Positions 31,867-44,213 of a stretch of 64,000 nucleotides of DNA are shown piece after piece. This DNA comes from Tetramitus jugosus (taxonomy: Eukaryota > Protista > Heterolobosea), in the NCBI GenBank assembly GCA_937625935.1, contig OW569346.1, positions 1 through 64,000 of the forward strand. Direction: 5' to 3'. How positions within the stretch are numbered: position 1 is the first letter of the stretch; every line of letters begins with the position of its first letter. The notes under the pieces were generated by a model. The model did not search any database. It saw only the letters and a list, made by a program, of their open reading frames with translations, and had not been told where the DNA came from. The position numbers and the translations under genes are program-made.

Positions 31867-32320
31867 TGGTTAATAGAGTGTGAAATTGTGAGTGCTTTTT
31901 GTAGGTATTTGAAAGCGAGGCTTCTGTGGGATGCTGCCACTCGCTAAAAACTCTAGAAGCCATGAGATACTTCACAATACCACTTGTTAGGATCTTCATA
32001 AGTATCAAGAAGATCCTTAAGAAAATATCTGATGTAAAAATATGAGGTATCTATCCCACGAAGATCAATAAGTTTTCACCCTTCGAAATACCCAAAAACG
32101 TGGTTACAGTGAAAAACGACTGTTTAACAAGGTCTAAAAAAGGAAGTAGGTGTTGTGGGACGCGAAAACTAACACAATACGGCAGCAATCCCTGCGCCGC
32201 AGTACCCACCCACAGATACTATCGAGTTCCAACCTATGGTTTTGGCACTTGTACTGATAATATGAATAAAAATGAAAGATTAAGAGCATCTCCAAGATAT
32301 TGTACAAAAGGATTAGTTCT

Positions 32321-32530
32321 TTATTCATCGATACGATGAGCTTGATAGTTGGCCAATTGCTCCAGTTGCCTCCAACTCAAAAACTTGTCGTCAATCGGAT
32401 CATGCTGGTGCTTTGGCGGTGGAGGAGAAACATAAATCTTCTCCTTCGGTGTAGCGAAATACTCTTCCATTTGTTCATGTTGGACAGCACTGTGGAAATC
32501 TACTTCCTCACGGATTCTTTTTTCAACCAT
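32321..32530 (-). CDS. 69-aa microprotein with two FxSxxQxEQxxxY motifs
   Basis: ATG-started ORF homologous to 53307..53516. Confidence 0.7.
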   Translation of the reverse strand: MVEKRIREEVDFHSAVQHEQMEEYFATPKEKIYVSPPPPKHQHDPIDDKFLSWRQLEQLANYQAHRIDE

Positions 32531-32709
32531 TTTTCGAGATAAAACGTGGATTTGTTTGTTGTTATGATGATGGTAGGGGTTATGTATTCGTTTTGTTCTT
32601 TGGATCTTACCTGTTGATGGGCTTCATGTTCTGTCTGAAATTCTGTCCAATTTCTCGGATCTGGTTCATAGACCACTTTTAGAAATTTATTTTTATTCTT
32701 GCTGATAAC

Positions 32710-35700
32710 TCAATACAACAAGAAGCCAAAACCGGCTCTCCTGATTAACAATTTCCTAATCTCATCTACAATTATAATGAGTGGGATCCAAGGCAGATAA
32801 CACAACCAGAATCTCCATGCAACAGGTCTTGAATTCAAAATGACATCGTTGATCCAAGGCACATAGAACATGAAGCAGGCAACACCAGCAGCGTAGCAAA
32901 CACCTAACCACAATACCATGTTGCTGAAAAGACCCTGTGAAAAGAGAGAGTTGATACGCGTCTTACAATTCAAAATGTTACCCCACTGGAGCATAACAAT
33001 ACCCAAAAAGTAGACAGATTGAGCCTCCCTATTGATATCTAACTGCTTTTGCGTAGAGTACACATAACCGTTCAAGTAGAGGAATGGAGACTTGTGCTTG
33101 AAATAAGTCTTGGATAATCCAACCAATGATCGAGGAGTAAATCCATAGTATCCAAACACTGTAAAGTAACCAAAGAAGCAAGCCAAACATGTGAGGACAC
33201 CCATTTGCAAATATGAGAACGATAGCAACTGGAAGCTGACCAATGGATCCGTTTTTGACCTCGGAGGACGTTGCATAATATCGGCTTCAGCCTTTTCGTA
33301 AGCAAGAGAGATGGCAGGCAACAATTCTGTTCCCAGATCGATCCAAATAATGAGAATAGAGGAAACTGGCAGTGGAATAGCGAGAATGACATAGGCCAAG
33401 AATGGAACAATTTCAGGCATACAATGAGAGATGGTGTAGGCAATAGACTTTTTCAGATTGTCAAAGATCAATCGACCTTCTTCGATACCATTCACAATAG
33501 AAGCAAAGTTATCATCCATTAGAATAATAGCAGCAGCTTCCTTACTCACATCAGAACCGGTAATGTTCATTGAAATACCTAAATCAGCCTTACGAAGAGC
33601 AGGACTGTCATTCACACCATCACCAGTCACAGCAACAATATGGCCTGCTCTTTGTAGACGTTCGACAATTTCCAACTTTTGCTGAGGTGATGTTCTAGCA
33701 AAAACAATCTGCTTCTTGGCTAGAATTGTACGCCAGTCTGAGTCTGTAAATGTTTCAATCCTCTCACCGTGAATAACAGCAGCATCTGCACGAGCGATAT
33801 CAACATCTTCAGGTTGACAATCTTCTTCTTCCGCAATATCTTCGACTGTTCTTCCCTCGATGATACCAACTTGTTTTGCAATCGATTTGGCAGTAGCAGG
33901 GTGATCACCTGTAACCATAATCACTTGAATACCTGCATATTTACACTTTTCAATAGCTTCTGGCACACCAACCTTTGGAGGATCCATCAAACCAGTCAAA
34001 CCCAAAAAGATAAAGTTTCCAGCTGGAATATTGGCCTCATTGTACTCCTTATCCATTGAAGGAGGATATTGAGAAGGATCGAGCTCCATGGTAGCAAATC
34101 CGAGAACACGCTCACCCTTAGCAGCCAAATGCTCGTAGGCTTGTTGGAAATTGTCCTTCCATTCGTCATCTAATTTCAGCTCTTGACCTTCACATCTGAT
34201 GTAGCTGCACTTTGCAATCACACGCTCAGGTGCTCCCTTGATCAACAGAATTCTCTTTCCATTTTCGTCACCAATGTTCTTATGAATGGACAATTGCCAC
34301 TTGTTCTTTGAGTTGAAAGGAATTTCAAAGACCTTAGGGAAGGTTGTACGCATATCTTCAATGTCTGCTCGATCAGGACGAGAGACAAAGTATTTTAACA
34401 GAGCTGCCTCAGAAGCATCACCAATGCACTCTCTGTCCAAGATGGGCTTCTTCAAATTTTCTTCAGTAGGCTCAAATACTGTTCTGTTACACAGACCAAT
34501 ACATCTCTGCAATTGTTCAAATGTGCTCAATTCATCATTGTTTAACATGCTGAGTTCAACACCTTCAGGTTTCTCCTTCATGTATCTATCGTAGGAGACA
34601 CTGGCCATCTTACCATCGTACCATAAATCGACAACAGTCATTCTGTTTTGAGTCAAAGTACCAGTCTTATCTGATGCAATAACAGTTGTAGCACCAAGAG
34701 TTTCTACTGACTCCAAACGCTTCACCATGACTTGTCTTCTACCCAACTTTTTTGCTGAAATAGTCAACAACATGGTAACCGTTGGAATCAAACCCTGAGG
34801 CACATTGGCAATAATCAAACCAATGGCATAAACAAAATTCTCCACCAGATCAAAACCGAGCAAGCAAGCAAGTAAAAAGTAGAGAGCACCAACAGAGAAG
34901 GCCAACAGTCCAATTTTTCCAACAAACTTGTTAATTTCTCGTCTCAATGGAGTTTCCAAGGTGGATGTCGTTTGAGCCAAGTTTGCAATCTGACCAATGA
35001 CAGTATTGTCACCCGTACGGACGACTATACCGATACCTTCACCCTCAATGGCCAAGGTACCATAAAACATTAGATTCTTAGTTTCCAGTGGATTTTGATG
35101 AGTACACTCGACCGATCTGGACTGTGGTTCCTGTTCTCCCGTCAGTGATGCATTATCAGCCTTCAGACCATTGCAGGTCAACAGCCTGACGTCAGCAGCT
35201 AACTTATCACCACCTCTCACATTGACCAAATCACCCAAAACCACATTGGTCACATCGATTGTAACCATTTTGCCATCACGGATGACACGACACTTGGCAG
35301 CACCCAATGAAGCAAAACCTTCCAACAATTTCTCACCCTTCCTCTCTTCCACGTAAGCTACAGTCACATTGAAGGCAGTGACCGCAAATAGAACGAGAGC
35401 CAGGACGAGACGATCAATATTTTCATGAACGTCGACACCATACAGAATAATAGTGGCAACACCGGCCACAATAGGAATAATGGCAAAAGGACTTGTGAAT
35501 TGAGAGAGAAACTTGACAATTTGAGGTGTTCCCTTGGGAGGAGTGAGTTGATTAGGACCGTTCTGGGCCAATCGTTGAGCAGCTTCCTCCTGAGTCAGAC
35601 CCACAGACTGCTCTGGACTCTCCTCATTAAACTTTGTGTGATACAGTTCACACACTTGTGGAATAGAGAGCTGATGCTCTTCAATCTTGACTGCTCTCTT

Positions 35701-36288
35701 CTCAGCCTTCTTCAACACCTTTTTGGCCACTGGTTTCTCCTTTGCCAATTTTTTCATTTCTTCAGTCAGTGCAGGTGCTGCTTCCACCGATGCAGCTGCG
35801 CCCTGAATCTGTTGTTGCATCTGAGCTTGTTGCACAATGTCAATCGAGTGACGAGCCTGTGCATACAATCTTGGAATAATGTCCACAGATCCTCTTCTGC
35901 TTCCAGTGTCTAGACTGACACGAGCACTTGTTGGTTGTTGCATGTTGCTGCTATTGCTTGAAGCGGCAGCTGCAGCATTCACACCACCACCACCACCAGT
36001 TGAGCTTGTTTGACCACCAGTCACACCAGTGACAGACAATGGGGCATATCCGTCAATGGAACCTCTGGCAGATTGGGATGAAGTTCTGGGGCGAACAATG
36101 TGGCGTTCATCATGATGATGCTCATCAATCACCATGTCATGATTCAACAAGTCATTGACCACAAACTGTCGATCTTCGTCATGATGATGATCGAAGGATC
36201 CTCCTTGTTGATTGTTGTTGGAGGGATTACTGCCTCCAGTATAACTAGAGTAATTGGGTTGATTGATATAGTTGCTACTATCACTCAT
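32710..36288 (-). CDS. P-type ATPase, type IIC-like, with an atypical M4 motif (VPQGL)
   Basis: GPNQLTPP, DKTGTLTQNRMTV, IPFNSKNKWQ, KGAPER, GDGVNDSPAL, EEGRLIFDNLKKSIAY. Confidence 0.95.
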   Translation of the reverse strand: MSDSSNYINQPNYSSYTGGSNPSNNNQQGGSFDHHHDEDRQFVVNDLLNHDMVIDEHHHDERHIVRPRTSSQSARGSIDGYAPLSVTGVTGGQTSSTGGGGGVNAAAAASSNSSNMQQPTSARVSLDTGSRRGSVDIIPRLYAQARHSIDIVQQAQMQQQIQGAAASVEAAPALTEEMKKLAKEKPVAKKVLKKAEKRAVKIEEHQLSIPQVCELYHTKFNEESPEQSVGLTQEEAAQRLAQNGPNQLTPPKGTPQIVKFLSQFTSPFAIIPIVAGVATIILYGVDVHENIDRLVLALVLFAVTAFNVTVAYVEERKGEKLLEGFASLGAAKCRVIRDGKMVTIDVTNVVLGDLVNVRGGDKLAADVRLLTCNGLKADNASLTGEQEPQSRSVECTHQNPLETKNLMFYGTLAIEGEGIGIVVRTGDNTVIGQIANLAQTTSTLETPLRREINKFVGKIGLLAFSVGALYFLLACLLGFDLVENFVYAIGLIIANVPQGLIPTVTMLLTISAKKLGRRQVMVKRLESVETLGATTVIASDKTGTLTQNRMTVVDLWYDGKMASVSYDRYMKEKPEGVELSMLNNDELSTFEQLQRCIGLCNRTVFEPTEENLKKPILDRECIGDASEAALLKYFVSRPDRADIEDMRTTFPKVFEIPFNSKNKWQLSIHKNIGDENGKRILLIKGAPERVIAKCSYIRCEGQELKLDDEWKDNFQQAYEHLAAKGERVLGFATMELDPSQYPPSMDKEYNEANIPAGNFIFLGLTGLMDPPKVGVPEAIEKCKYAGIQVIMVTGDHPATAKSIAKQVGIIEGRTVEDIAEEEDCQPEDVDIARADAAVIHGERIETFTDSDWRTILAKKQIVFARTSPQQKLEIVERLQRAGHIVAVTGDGVNDSPALRKADLGISMNITGSDVSKEAAAIILMDDNFASIVNGIEEGRLIFDNLKKSIAYTISHCMPEIVPFLAYVILAIPLPVSSILIIWIDLGTELLPAISLAYEKAEADIMQRPPRSKTDPLVSFQLLSFSYLQMGVLTCLACFFGYFTVFGYYGFTPRSLVGLSKTYFKHKSPFLYLNGYVYSTQKQLDINREAQSVYFLGIVMLQWGNILNCKTRINSLFSQGLFSNMVLWLGVCYAAGVACFMFYVPWINDVILNSRPVAWRFWLCYLPWIPLIIIVDEIRKLLIRRAGFGFLLY

Positions 36289-36977
36289 TATGATGATGAT
36301 GATGATATAGTACTATTGTATATTATGCTTCGAGAATGGAGAGATCTCTCTTTGTTTGGAGCGACTGAATAAGTTTTATGTCTAAAATTTTCCTTCTGAG
36401 CTTAATAAATTAATTTTAGCACAGCAGATATTTTTCGCGTGTTTCTTGTGTTAACTCTATCTGTCAAGATGTTGTGGGATAGAGCTTTTTCTGAGAACAA
36501 GATTTCTTTTTGCTTGTTGTGTAGTGGTGCTTGTTGTTGTATATTGACGAAACAATAATAATAATAAACACGGTGTGGATTGAACCTTGGAGCTTACGAG
36601 TTGTTCATAAAATTCGCACGCAGTATGTATGGTGTGAGTGTGTTTTGTTTTTTGAGCTCGATTGTGGCACATGAGCAGCTCCTTTTTATACTGCTGCTTG
36701 GAGTGCAAAACAGATTTTTTACAAGGAAGCTCTGGAGATTTTATCGCCCGCACTGCGAACGCAACTCGTGTGATTGTTGTAGAGGCTTCGCATTTGTTTG
36801 CGCGGTATATGAGCGATTGTCTTAAAGAAGAGCAAAGTAAGCGGAGAAAATTGTTTCGTGGTATTCTCGGACCTTTGTAAAGTTCCTTTGCTTAACAAAA
36901 ACAGGAACTCGCAAACAGAAGAATCAACGAGGTTTTTGATACTTTGTGCCAAAGAAAAGAATCTGGCAAGAAATCAT

Positions 36978-39900
36978 TTAGGGTTTTTTCTTTACTATTT
37001 TTCGGGCTATTTGATCCGACAGTACAACGGCGTCTGTGTTCACACCAAATGTTTTTGTTGGTTGAGCAATGAATCGTTTTCCTCCGCTATCGTACCTAAA
37101 AAACGCCTTAATCATGTCGGCGGTCAGTGTTCGCGGTCCTTTCCCGACGAGTTTCCTTAGATTTTGGGGTACTCCAGTAGTAGAACTGGTAGAACTCATT
37201 CCGCTCATCCCGCTTTCTTGGCTAAGCTGTGCGCTATTAGTGTCGCTTGACGAGGTGTTTTCCGCGATTGTATACAGTGCCTTAAACACCGGGCTCTTAT
37301 CATCCCGCACCAATATCACAAAATGCTCGTTGTTGTCAGTTTCTTGGAGTATTGTCAGAATTTCAGACTTCTCCTTTTCGTTTACACGCCCAGCCAAGCA
37401 GACATGAGATATGGCATTCTTGATCAACTGTTTGTTTGTCCTGGCATGGGTCTTGAGATTTTTCAGGGCAAAGTTATGTCCGTTGTTGGATGCTGAGCTA
37501 GTTGACTTTTGTTGTGTCTGATCTGTTTGTTGCTTCTTCTGGTTGATCATATCTTGTTTACGTTTGTTCTCTTCTTCAATCTTTTGCCGTCTCAATTCTT
37601 CAAGCTTCTGCAGTCTCTTCTTTTTGGCAGCTGTGTTCATGAGTTGATCCTGTGGCATGATTTGGATGACACCATTTCTATTCCACTTCGATTCGGGAGT
37701 CTTGGCATCAGGTCTCGTTGCTGCAGATTCTGGTCTGCTTGAGGTACTGCCCTTGGGTCTTGTTGCTGAAGAGTCTACTCTGGGCGTGATCACTCTTTTG
37801 GGAGGTTCGTATGAACTCTGACTTGATGATCTCACCAAAATGCTTACTCGTTGCACCCTTTCCTTCTTTGCTTGCATATTAGGTTCAATGTACTTGCGAA
37901 TAGCTTCTTGTTCAATCTCATACCGTCGTTGCTCCAGTGCTTGCTTCATCATTTCTCTTTCCTTTTCGATCTGCTTTTCCTGTTCCACTAGCTTCATCCT
38001 GAGGAGAGCATTCTCTTTTTGCTTTTGTTCTAACAAACTTTTGATTTTGTCGGTTGGGTCCTCTGTCTGTTGTATCACAAGAGCACTATCACTCGTTTTA
38101 CATTGAGCTCTCCATGGTATGACACCTGATAAAGAGGCAGCAACATTGTTGAGGGATTCCTTATTTTTGAACACTTGGGAGAGATGTGCTATAGCGATAC
38201 TTTTGTTCGGTTTGGAGTTACGAGCAAACTGAATACTTTCGGACGGCAAAAAGGATGTTGAGCTGCTCGCATTTGTTATTGTGATTGGAACTTCAGTGTT
38301 TCGGTCATTCTTAACAGGGGTTTTCCCCAGTGTCATCAATGTTGTTGATTGTTTGACGGTCTTGGGTATTTGAACCACAGAGTCGCTCATATCTCCACCA
38401 AACTCCAAAATTGAGTTAGACATGTCGTTAGTACTCGGAGATAGTAATAGATTAATGCTAGTGCTCTCCCGAGGCTGCACATATCGTCTGGAACTAGCAG
38501 TTGCTGCTCTTTGAGTTATTGACGGGTTGAGTTTGATTGGTTCCAGTAAGACACTATCGTCCTCATCCTCTATCAGTGTTGTTTCATCTTCTTTGTTCAA
38601 TAGACTTAAACTAGATTGTACCTCGACTAATTGTGATTGTTTCAAACGTGTTGTACCTGCACTAACACTGGATAGTCGCAGATTCACAGTTGTAGGATGT
38701 TGAATTCGATCTTCTTCTCCGCTTTCGTATTCGTAGGAGTTAGTATCATCGGTAGTACTTGTACTATCGTCAATATTCTCCTCATTTACTTCGTATACAA
38801 GCGCACAAAACATATCTACAATATAAGCCATGAGATTGGATTTAAAAAGAGGATCATCTGCCTTCGCTATGATCAGAGCTGGAAAACTGGGTAACACATT
38901 CATGCTCTTATCACAAATCTCAATAATTTTCTGCCAATTGAACACCTTGTCCTTAAGAGAAAGATTCTTTTCGTATCGTCAGTCGCAGTTGTGGGTAGTG
39001 AATATGATTATATAAATTACATAGACTACTTACATTACCGAAAAAGGTTAAATCTTCTCCCAAAGCATCAGGTCTATAGGCTGCAATTGCTTTTAGGACA
39101 GCAATTCCATCTGACAGACCTTTCCACAAGTCCTCTTCAATTACTGGTGCATCTCCTGATTGACCAGTCGAGTTGTGAAAAATGATGGTGATTTGGTTGA
39201 TCCAGCCCAACAGTGCGTCCTCTAGATCGAATGGATAATCTCTCTTCGATTCATTTCCATCATTCATTGCTGCTATTGATTCTACGACATCCTCCACGCT
39301 TAGATTTCTATTGATGTAAGTGTACAATAGTGCTTCGATCAAGGATTCATGAGCATCCTGTCATCAATAAAAAGACTTGTTAGTGTACAATGAAGTTGAG
39401 ATTGCGTACCACTGAGCTACACTACTTACCTCTTGAAAATTCTCAATACTTGCTAATTCGTCATACGTGATTAAATCTTTTCGCTGTGGGTGTAGTGGTT
39501 TCACGTCTCGATTAATCAACCATCGCAATAAGATGCCATGTGTTTGATCTGGACTATTCGCAGAACCTTGTTGAATATAAGTCTTGCATGGCAATGTATC
39601 AATATGATTGTTTTCTTGTTAACACGAGCAATAATTGAAATAAATTGAGTAGTCCCTCATGCATACCATAATTGTAGGTGGGCTCTCTTGAAGCACAATC
39701 TCGGTCAATAACAAATAAAGAATTCCGTTGCTTAACAGATCGACCATCTCCCCCGTATCATTTTCATCCAAGAAATAATCTTGGTCTTCATCATAATCCT
39801 CACGCAAAGATCTCTGAACGTCATATGTCTCCTCTGCCAACACCTTTTGCTTTCGATCAAGTTCCTTTTCTTGAATGAGACACTCGAGCCGCATAATGGA

Positions 39901-40089
39901 GCAAAGCACCTTTTCTACATGAATGTAGAATCGATGCATCCATAGTTCTTTCGAATATTGAATCTCTTCTTGTCTTTCAATGCTCATAGCACTATCATGT
40001 GAGCTATAATCAGGTGAATGACAGGTCTGCTTGGGATTTTGAAGCACAAGTTGACATGCCCATTTCACATTCGAATAAAATTTCAACAT
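36978..40089 (-). CDS. CAMSAP/Patronin-like protein (CH domain, coiled coil, CKK domain), about 4 exons
   Basis: C-terminal CKK (IKNAISHVCLAG, HFVILVRD..FKALY, GKGP, FFRYDSGGKRF); CAMSAP-type CH (LEDALLGWIN..DLWKGLSDG). GT-AG introns at about 39615..39666, 39358..39429 and 38966..39033. Confidence 0.85.
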
Positions 40090-40172
40090 TTTTCTTTGCC
40101 GAAATCAACGCTCAATCTTGTTGTTTGATCACGGAACTGGTGGTAATATTGTAGGCCGATTTTGGCGCGAAA

Positions 40173-42143
40173 TTACCGAGCAGTTTGCATAAGAATAGGA
40201 AACAAGGACACCACAGGGATTTCTCTCTCAACCGCCTGAGAACGCAAGAATTGTTCTACAGCTTGCTTACACCGTTGTTTGGTTCCAGTGTCGGCTGTGT
40301 TCGCCTCATACAGAATACGTAGGCGACGATTGCGCTCTTCTCGTTGCTGGCACTGTTTAGAGAATTTCTGGAACTCCTCGTCAAATATTCTATTCTTTTG
40401 TCTACTCATGTACAATTGTTCAGACTCAGAGAAATAACATTGGTCAATTTTGTTTGTGATGATTGTTAGCTTGTCCTCGAGTTGCTTCCTTCTGTTGTGT
40501 AGACAAAGTTCATTCACATGACTTCTAATGGCAGTCAATAGTTGCTCTCTATCCTCAAAGTCGAAACTATCGAATTGTCCAATAGGAGATCCACTGGATA
40601 GAGAGAAGGATGGGTGATCAGAAATTTGATTCGCATTCGTTTTGAGCATATTACAATGAATTATGGATGCTCTCTGAAAGAGTCGATGAATTTTGGTAGC
40701 TATAGTCGTATGCTGCAATGCGAGGGACAGATCAGTCGTTTGAGGAACACACAGAGCTAACCACTCCTTCATCTCAATTCGATAATGGTGATTGTCCGAG
40801 TAATATTTCATGAATGAAACGCTGTAAGTGGGGTGATTCAGAAGTAAGTTCTTAATCTCGCTTTCTATGCTGTCGAGTGTTCTGTAGTTTTTACTATTCA
40901 TGACTTCCTCTAGGGAAGTTGCAGTCGTATATTTCACGATTATTGGAATAGATGCCCTCAGACCTTTGACTTTACTCTCTAGGGCTGATTTTCGAATGTT
41001 CTTGTTTTGTTTTTGGACAGAATCTATTGTGTTCTCTATCTCTTGATCAACAAACTGTTGAACATCATCAGTTATTGAATGAGATTCTTTTGGTGAATTT
41101 GGTTGTTGATTGACATATTTCTCACCCAGAATATGATAGAGAAGATGAATATTAGAATGGATCAAGGAAGCCGCGATCATGGCCAACGTGGAATCACTAA
41201 GCGTATCCATTCCTGTCAGTTGTAAATCGGTCAACATATCTCTCAATTCAGTATCGGAGTTCTCAAGTCGGTGTCTGCACATCTCTAACCATTCCCTCAA
41301 AAGACATCTCATCTTTCGTTCAAATTCGATTTGATCCAACACTAGCGCAGAACTATCGTGACCCAAATAGGTTAAGGCACACAATGGATCTACCGTAGAG
41401 TATTCAATGGTATCAGTGAGATGTACTGTAGGTTGGATGTTTCTGAGATTGATATGATAAGGTACGAGTGCCTCACCGTACAATTTTCTAAGAAACTGAT
41501 AGGCAGTCTCAGATTGACCAAGCTCAGACTCTCCCAGTAACAACTTTGGATCGTGAATCCAATCTCGCTTTTCACTCACTCTGCTAGCAGAATAACAGAC
41601 CACTTGAAACAGTTGTTTCTGATCATTCCACTCCAACTGTTGAACGCACTGAGAATTATTCTTCTCCTTTTCCACTAGTAAATGTTCCTTCCAGTATCTG
41701 ACACCAACCAACACTACCGATAGTATGAAATCAGTTTTATGAATCAACTGTTTTTGCTTCTCAGGCCTAGAATGAATAAACAACGTGAACAGTTCACATG
41801 CGACAGGATAACGTGCCTTAAACGGTTCAAAATCTTCTGAACATGACAATCGTCGCGACGAGCCAACGAAATATCTCTGATATTCCAACCGGATCCAATA
41901 ACGTATCATCCTGTATCGATCAACAAACCTCATTGCACTCACATGACATCTCAACTGAGAAACCCAATTGATGGAAGACCGGTGTTGACTCTCAGAGAGC
42001 AGATCAATCAAATAACTGTGACTGAGCCGATCGTTTCTCTCATGATTCATCCTGAAGAGTAATTTGTTGCTTCTTTTTTCATACCAAGATCTTGGTGATT
42101 TTTCGTTGAAGCAAAAAATTTGATTTTCATTCGTGCATGACAC
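40173..42143 (-). CDS. Hypothetical protein
   Basis: 656-aa open frame with no recognised domain. Confidence 0.7.
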   Translation of the reverse strand: MSCTNENQIFCFNEKSPRSWYEKRSNKLLFRMNHERNDRLSHSYLIDLLSESQHRSSINWVSQLRCHVSAMRFVDRYRMIRYWIRLEYQRYFVGSSRRLSCSEDFEPFKARYPVACELFTLFIHSRPEKQKQLIHKTDFILSVVLVGVRYWKEHLLVEKEKNNSQCVQQLEWNDQKQLFQVVCYSASRVSEKRDWIHDPKLLLGESELGQSETAYQFLRKLYGEALVPYHINLRNIQPTVHLTDTIEYSTVDPLCALTYLGHDSSALVLDQIEFERKMRCLLREWLEMCRHRLENSDTELRDMLTDLQLTGMDTLSDSTLAMIAASLIHSNIHLLYHILGEKYVNQQPNSPKESHSITDDVQQFVDQEIENTIDSVQKQNKNIRKSALESKVKGLRASIPIIVKYTTATSLEEVMNSKNYRTLDSIESEIKNLLLNHPTYSVSFMKYYSDNHHYRIEMKEWLALCVPQTTDLSLALQHTTIATKIHRLFQRASIIHCNMLKTNANQISDHPSFSLSSGSPIGQFDSFDFEDREQLLTAIRSHVNELCLHNRRKQLEDKLTIITNKIDQCYFSESEQLYMSRQKNRIFDEEFQKFSKQCQQREERNRRLRILYEANTADTGTKQRCKQAVEQFLRSQAVEREIPVVSLFPILMQTAR

Positions 42144-42177
42144 AAGTTCAAATATTTTGTTTTTTACTCAAGAACGA

Positions 42178-44040
42178 TTAAATACTGAGTGGTGCAGCAG
42201 GAGCACTTCCTCTGCCTCCTCGTCCAGCCATTGGAGCACCTCTTCCAGGTGGCATTCCTCTACCTGGTGGCATTCCACGTCCAGGTGGCATTACACCTCT
42301 ACCACCACGACCACCCATTGCTGCTGGACCTCCTCTTCCTCTGCCTCTTGCCATCATGGCACCTGCATGCTGAGGTGGCAACACTGGCAACGGATTCTTC
42401 TTTGCATCATAGAGCAACCGTTCCACATCAGGCATGCACATGACTCTCTTGGCCACATCGCCCAGAATATAGGTGGCTCCCTTGTTGGGTGCTACAGCAG
42501 CCACATGCTCCATAAAGGCAAAGTCCGATCCGGGAACGACATCGAACCACACACCACCCAGTTTCAATCGAGTCTTACCAGACTGATGCACCACCATTTC
42601 TCCAATATAACCGTTTGGTATGGACGTGAGTGTGTTATCGAACGGAACTGTCCAAATATTTTCCTCGTCATCCACGCTGGCTGATTTTGTGCCTTGTTCC
42701 TTGTCCAACTTTTCCTTTAATAATCGTTCTTGTTCCTTTTGTGCTGCCAATTGACGATTCTTGGCAATCGAGTCACCAACGTTTCCTGCACCTTGTTGCT
42801 GCAACTCTGCAGCTTGTTTTCTTCTCAATTCTTCCAATTCTCGTTTTTCGCGCTCTCTTCTCAATTTTTCTAGATTGATGGGCAGAGAGGAGGGCAACTG
42901 GAGAAACAATAGCTCATCCGAACGATTGGAATCCCTAGTGTCTCTAAACAATTGTCTCGTTGCTTCATTTTCCAACTGATTCTCCAACTGTTGATTTTGA
43001 CCAATGGACAATGAGACTGTTTCTTGATTTTCCTCTTGATTTTCTCCCTGTTGTTCCTGTCGTAGTAGTTGCTGTTCCATGGTCGTCTTGTTAAATGGAA
43101 GAATCGTCGGTGGTTGACGAATGCCTTCAAACACATTTTTCTTTTTTCGCTGTTGTTGTTGTTGTTGAATGCTGAGTTGTAGTTTTGCCTTGGCATCCAA
43201 ATCATCACCATCATCATCATGGTCAGTGTTCATTCTCATGTCATCACCACCAAAGCCATTGTTCTCAGATGATTGAAGCAACATGTCTGATGTGGTGCTG
43301 TTGCCTGGTGGTGCAATACCTCCCATTGCAAAATTGGGCATGACAGGTGCTCTCTCTATTTGTAATGTTGTTGTTGTTATTGTTGTTGTTGTTGTTGTTG
43401 TTATTGTGATTGTCATTAATGATCAAAATGTGTTCCATCATCATCATCATCGTCATGCACAAAATAGTTTTAAAAAAAAACAGTGTGTGTTAAACCAATG
43501 GAGACATGCAATTACATCAAACAATCAAGTGAAATCCATACCTCTAGGTATAAAAGCAGGTCTATTCTGTTGTTGTCTACCACTAGAACGATCAAATTTA
43601 GGTCTAAAGTCTCTTCGTTGTTGTTGTCCACCACCACCACTGCTCGCATCAGCATCACCTCCAGTTGCTTTCCGTCTCTCTACGACTTTTGGTGCAAAAT
43701 TGGGTGAAAAAGCAGATGATGTTGAACCACCACTACCACCACCAGCACTACCACCAGCACCAAAAGATGATGAAGGAGCACTCAATGGTGGTGATGATGA
43801 TGATGGTTGATTGAGAGAAAAGTTGGGTCTCAATGAACGCAATCGATCGACTCCTCCACTTGGTATATTTGATGATGATAAATTGTTGGGAGTGAATGAA
43901 AGTAGTTGTGAAGATGTTGTGCTGGAGGTGGTGGTGGTGGAGGCTGCTGTTGAGGGCAAATCGACTGTGAGACGAGATGGATCATATCCGTGTTCTCTTC
44001 TCTGATTTTGTTGTTGTTGATTGTTGTTGTTGTTGGACAT
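42178..44040 (-). CDS. RPC4: RNA polymerase III subunit RPC4/C53; two exons (intron about 43356..43541)
   Basis: LLFLQLPSSLP and GYIGEMVVHQSGKTRLKLGGVWFDV match the Rpc4 domain. A GTATGG...AAATAG intron joins the two ORFs in frame; RG-rich tail. Confidence 0.85.
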
Positions 44041-44213
44041 ATTTTTTGTGTGTGGTTGTTGTGATAGTTGTTCGTTGTATGGTTTGATTGTTTGTTAAAC
44101 GAGTCGGTGCAATTTGTGAAATCGGGGAGTTTTCTGTTTTCGCGCCGAGAAAAGTGCGCAAACTGGACCGTAGACCAAAAAACCCGGAAATTGATCCAAT
44201 ATGCTTTATTGAT

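Noticed and set aside
43356-43460. Poly-Thr N-terminus of ORF 42178..43416
   Set aside because: It is an (AAC)n microsatellite inside the RPC4 intron.
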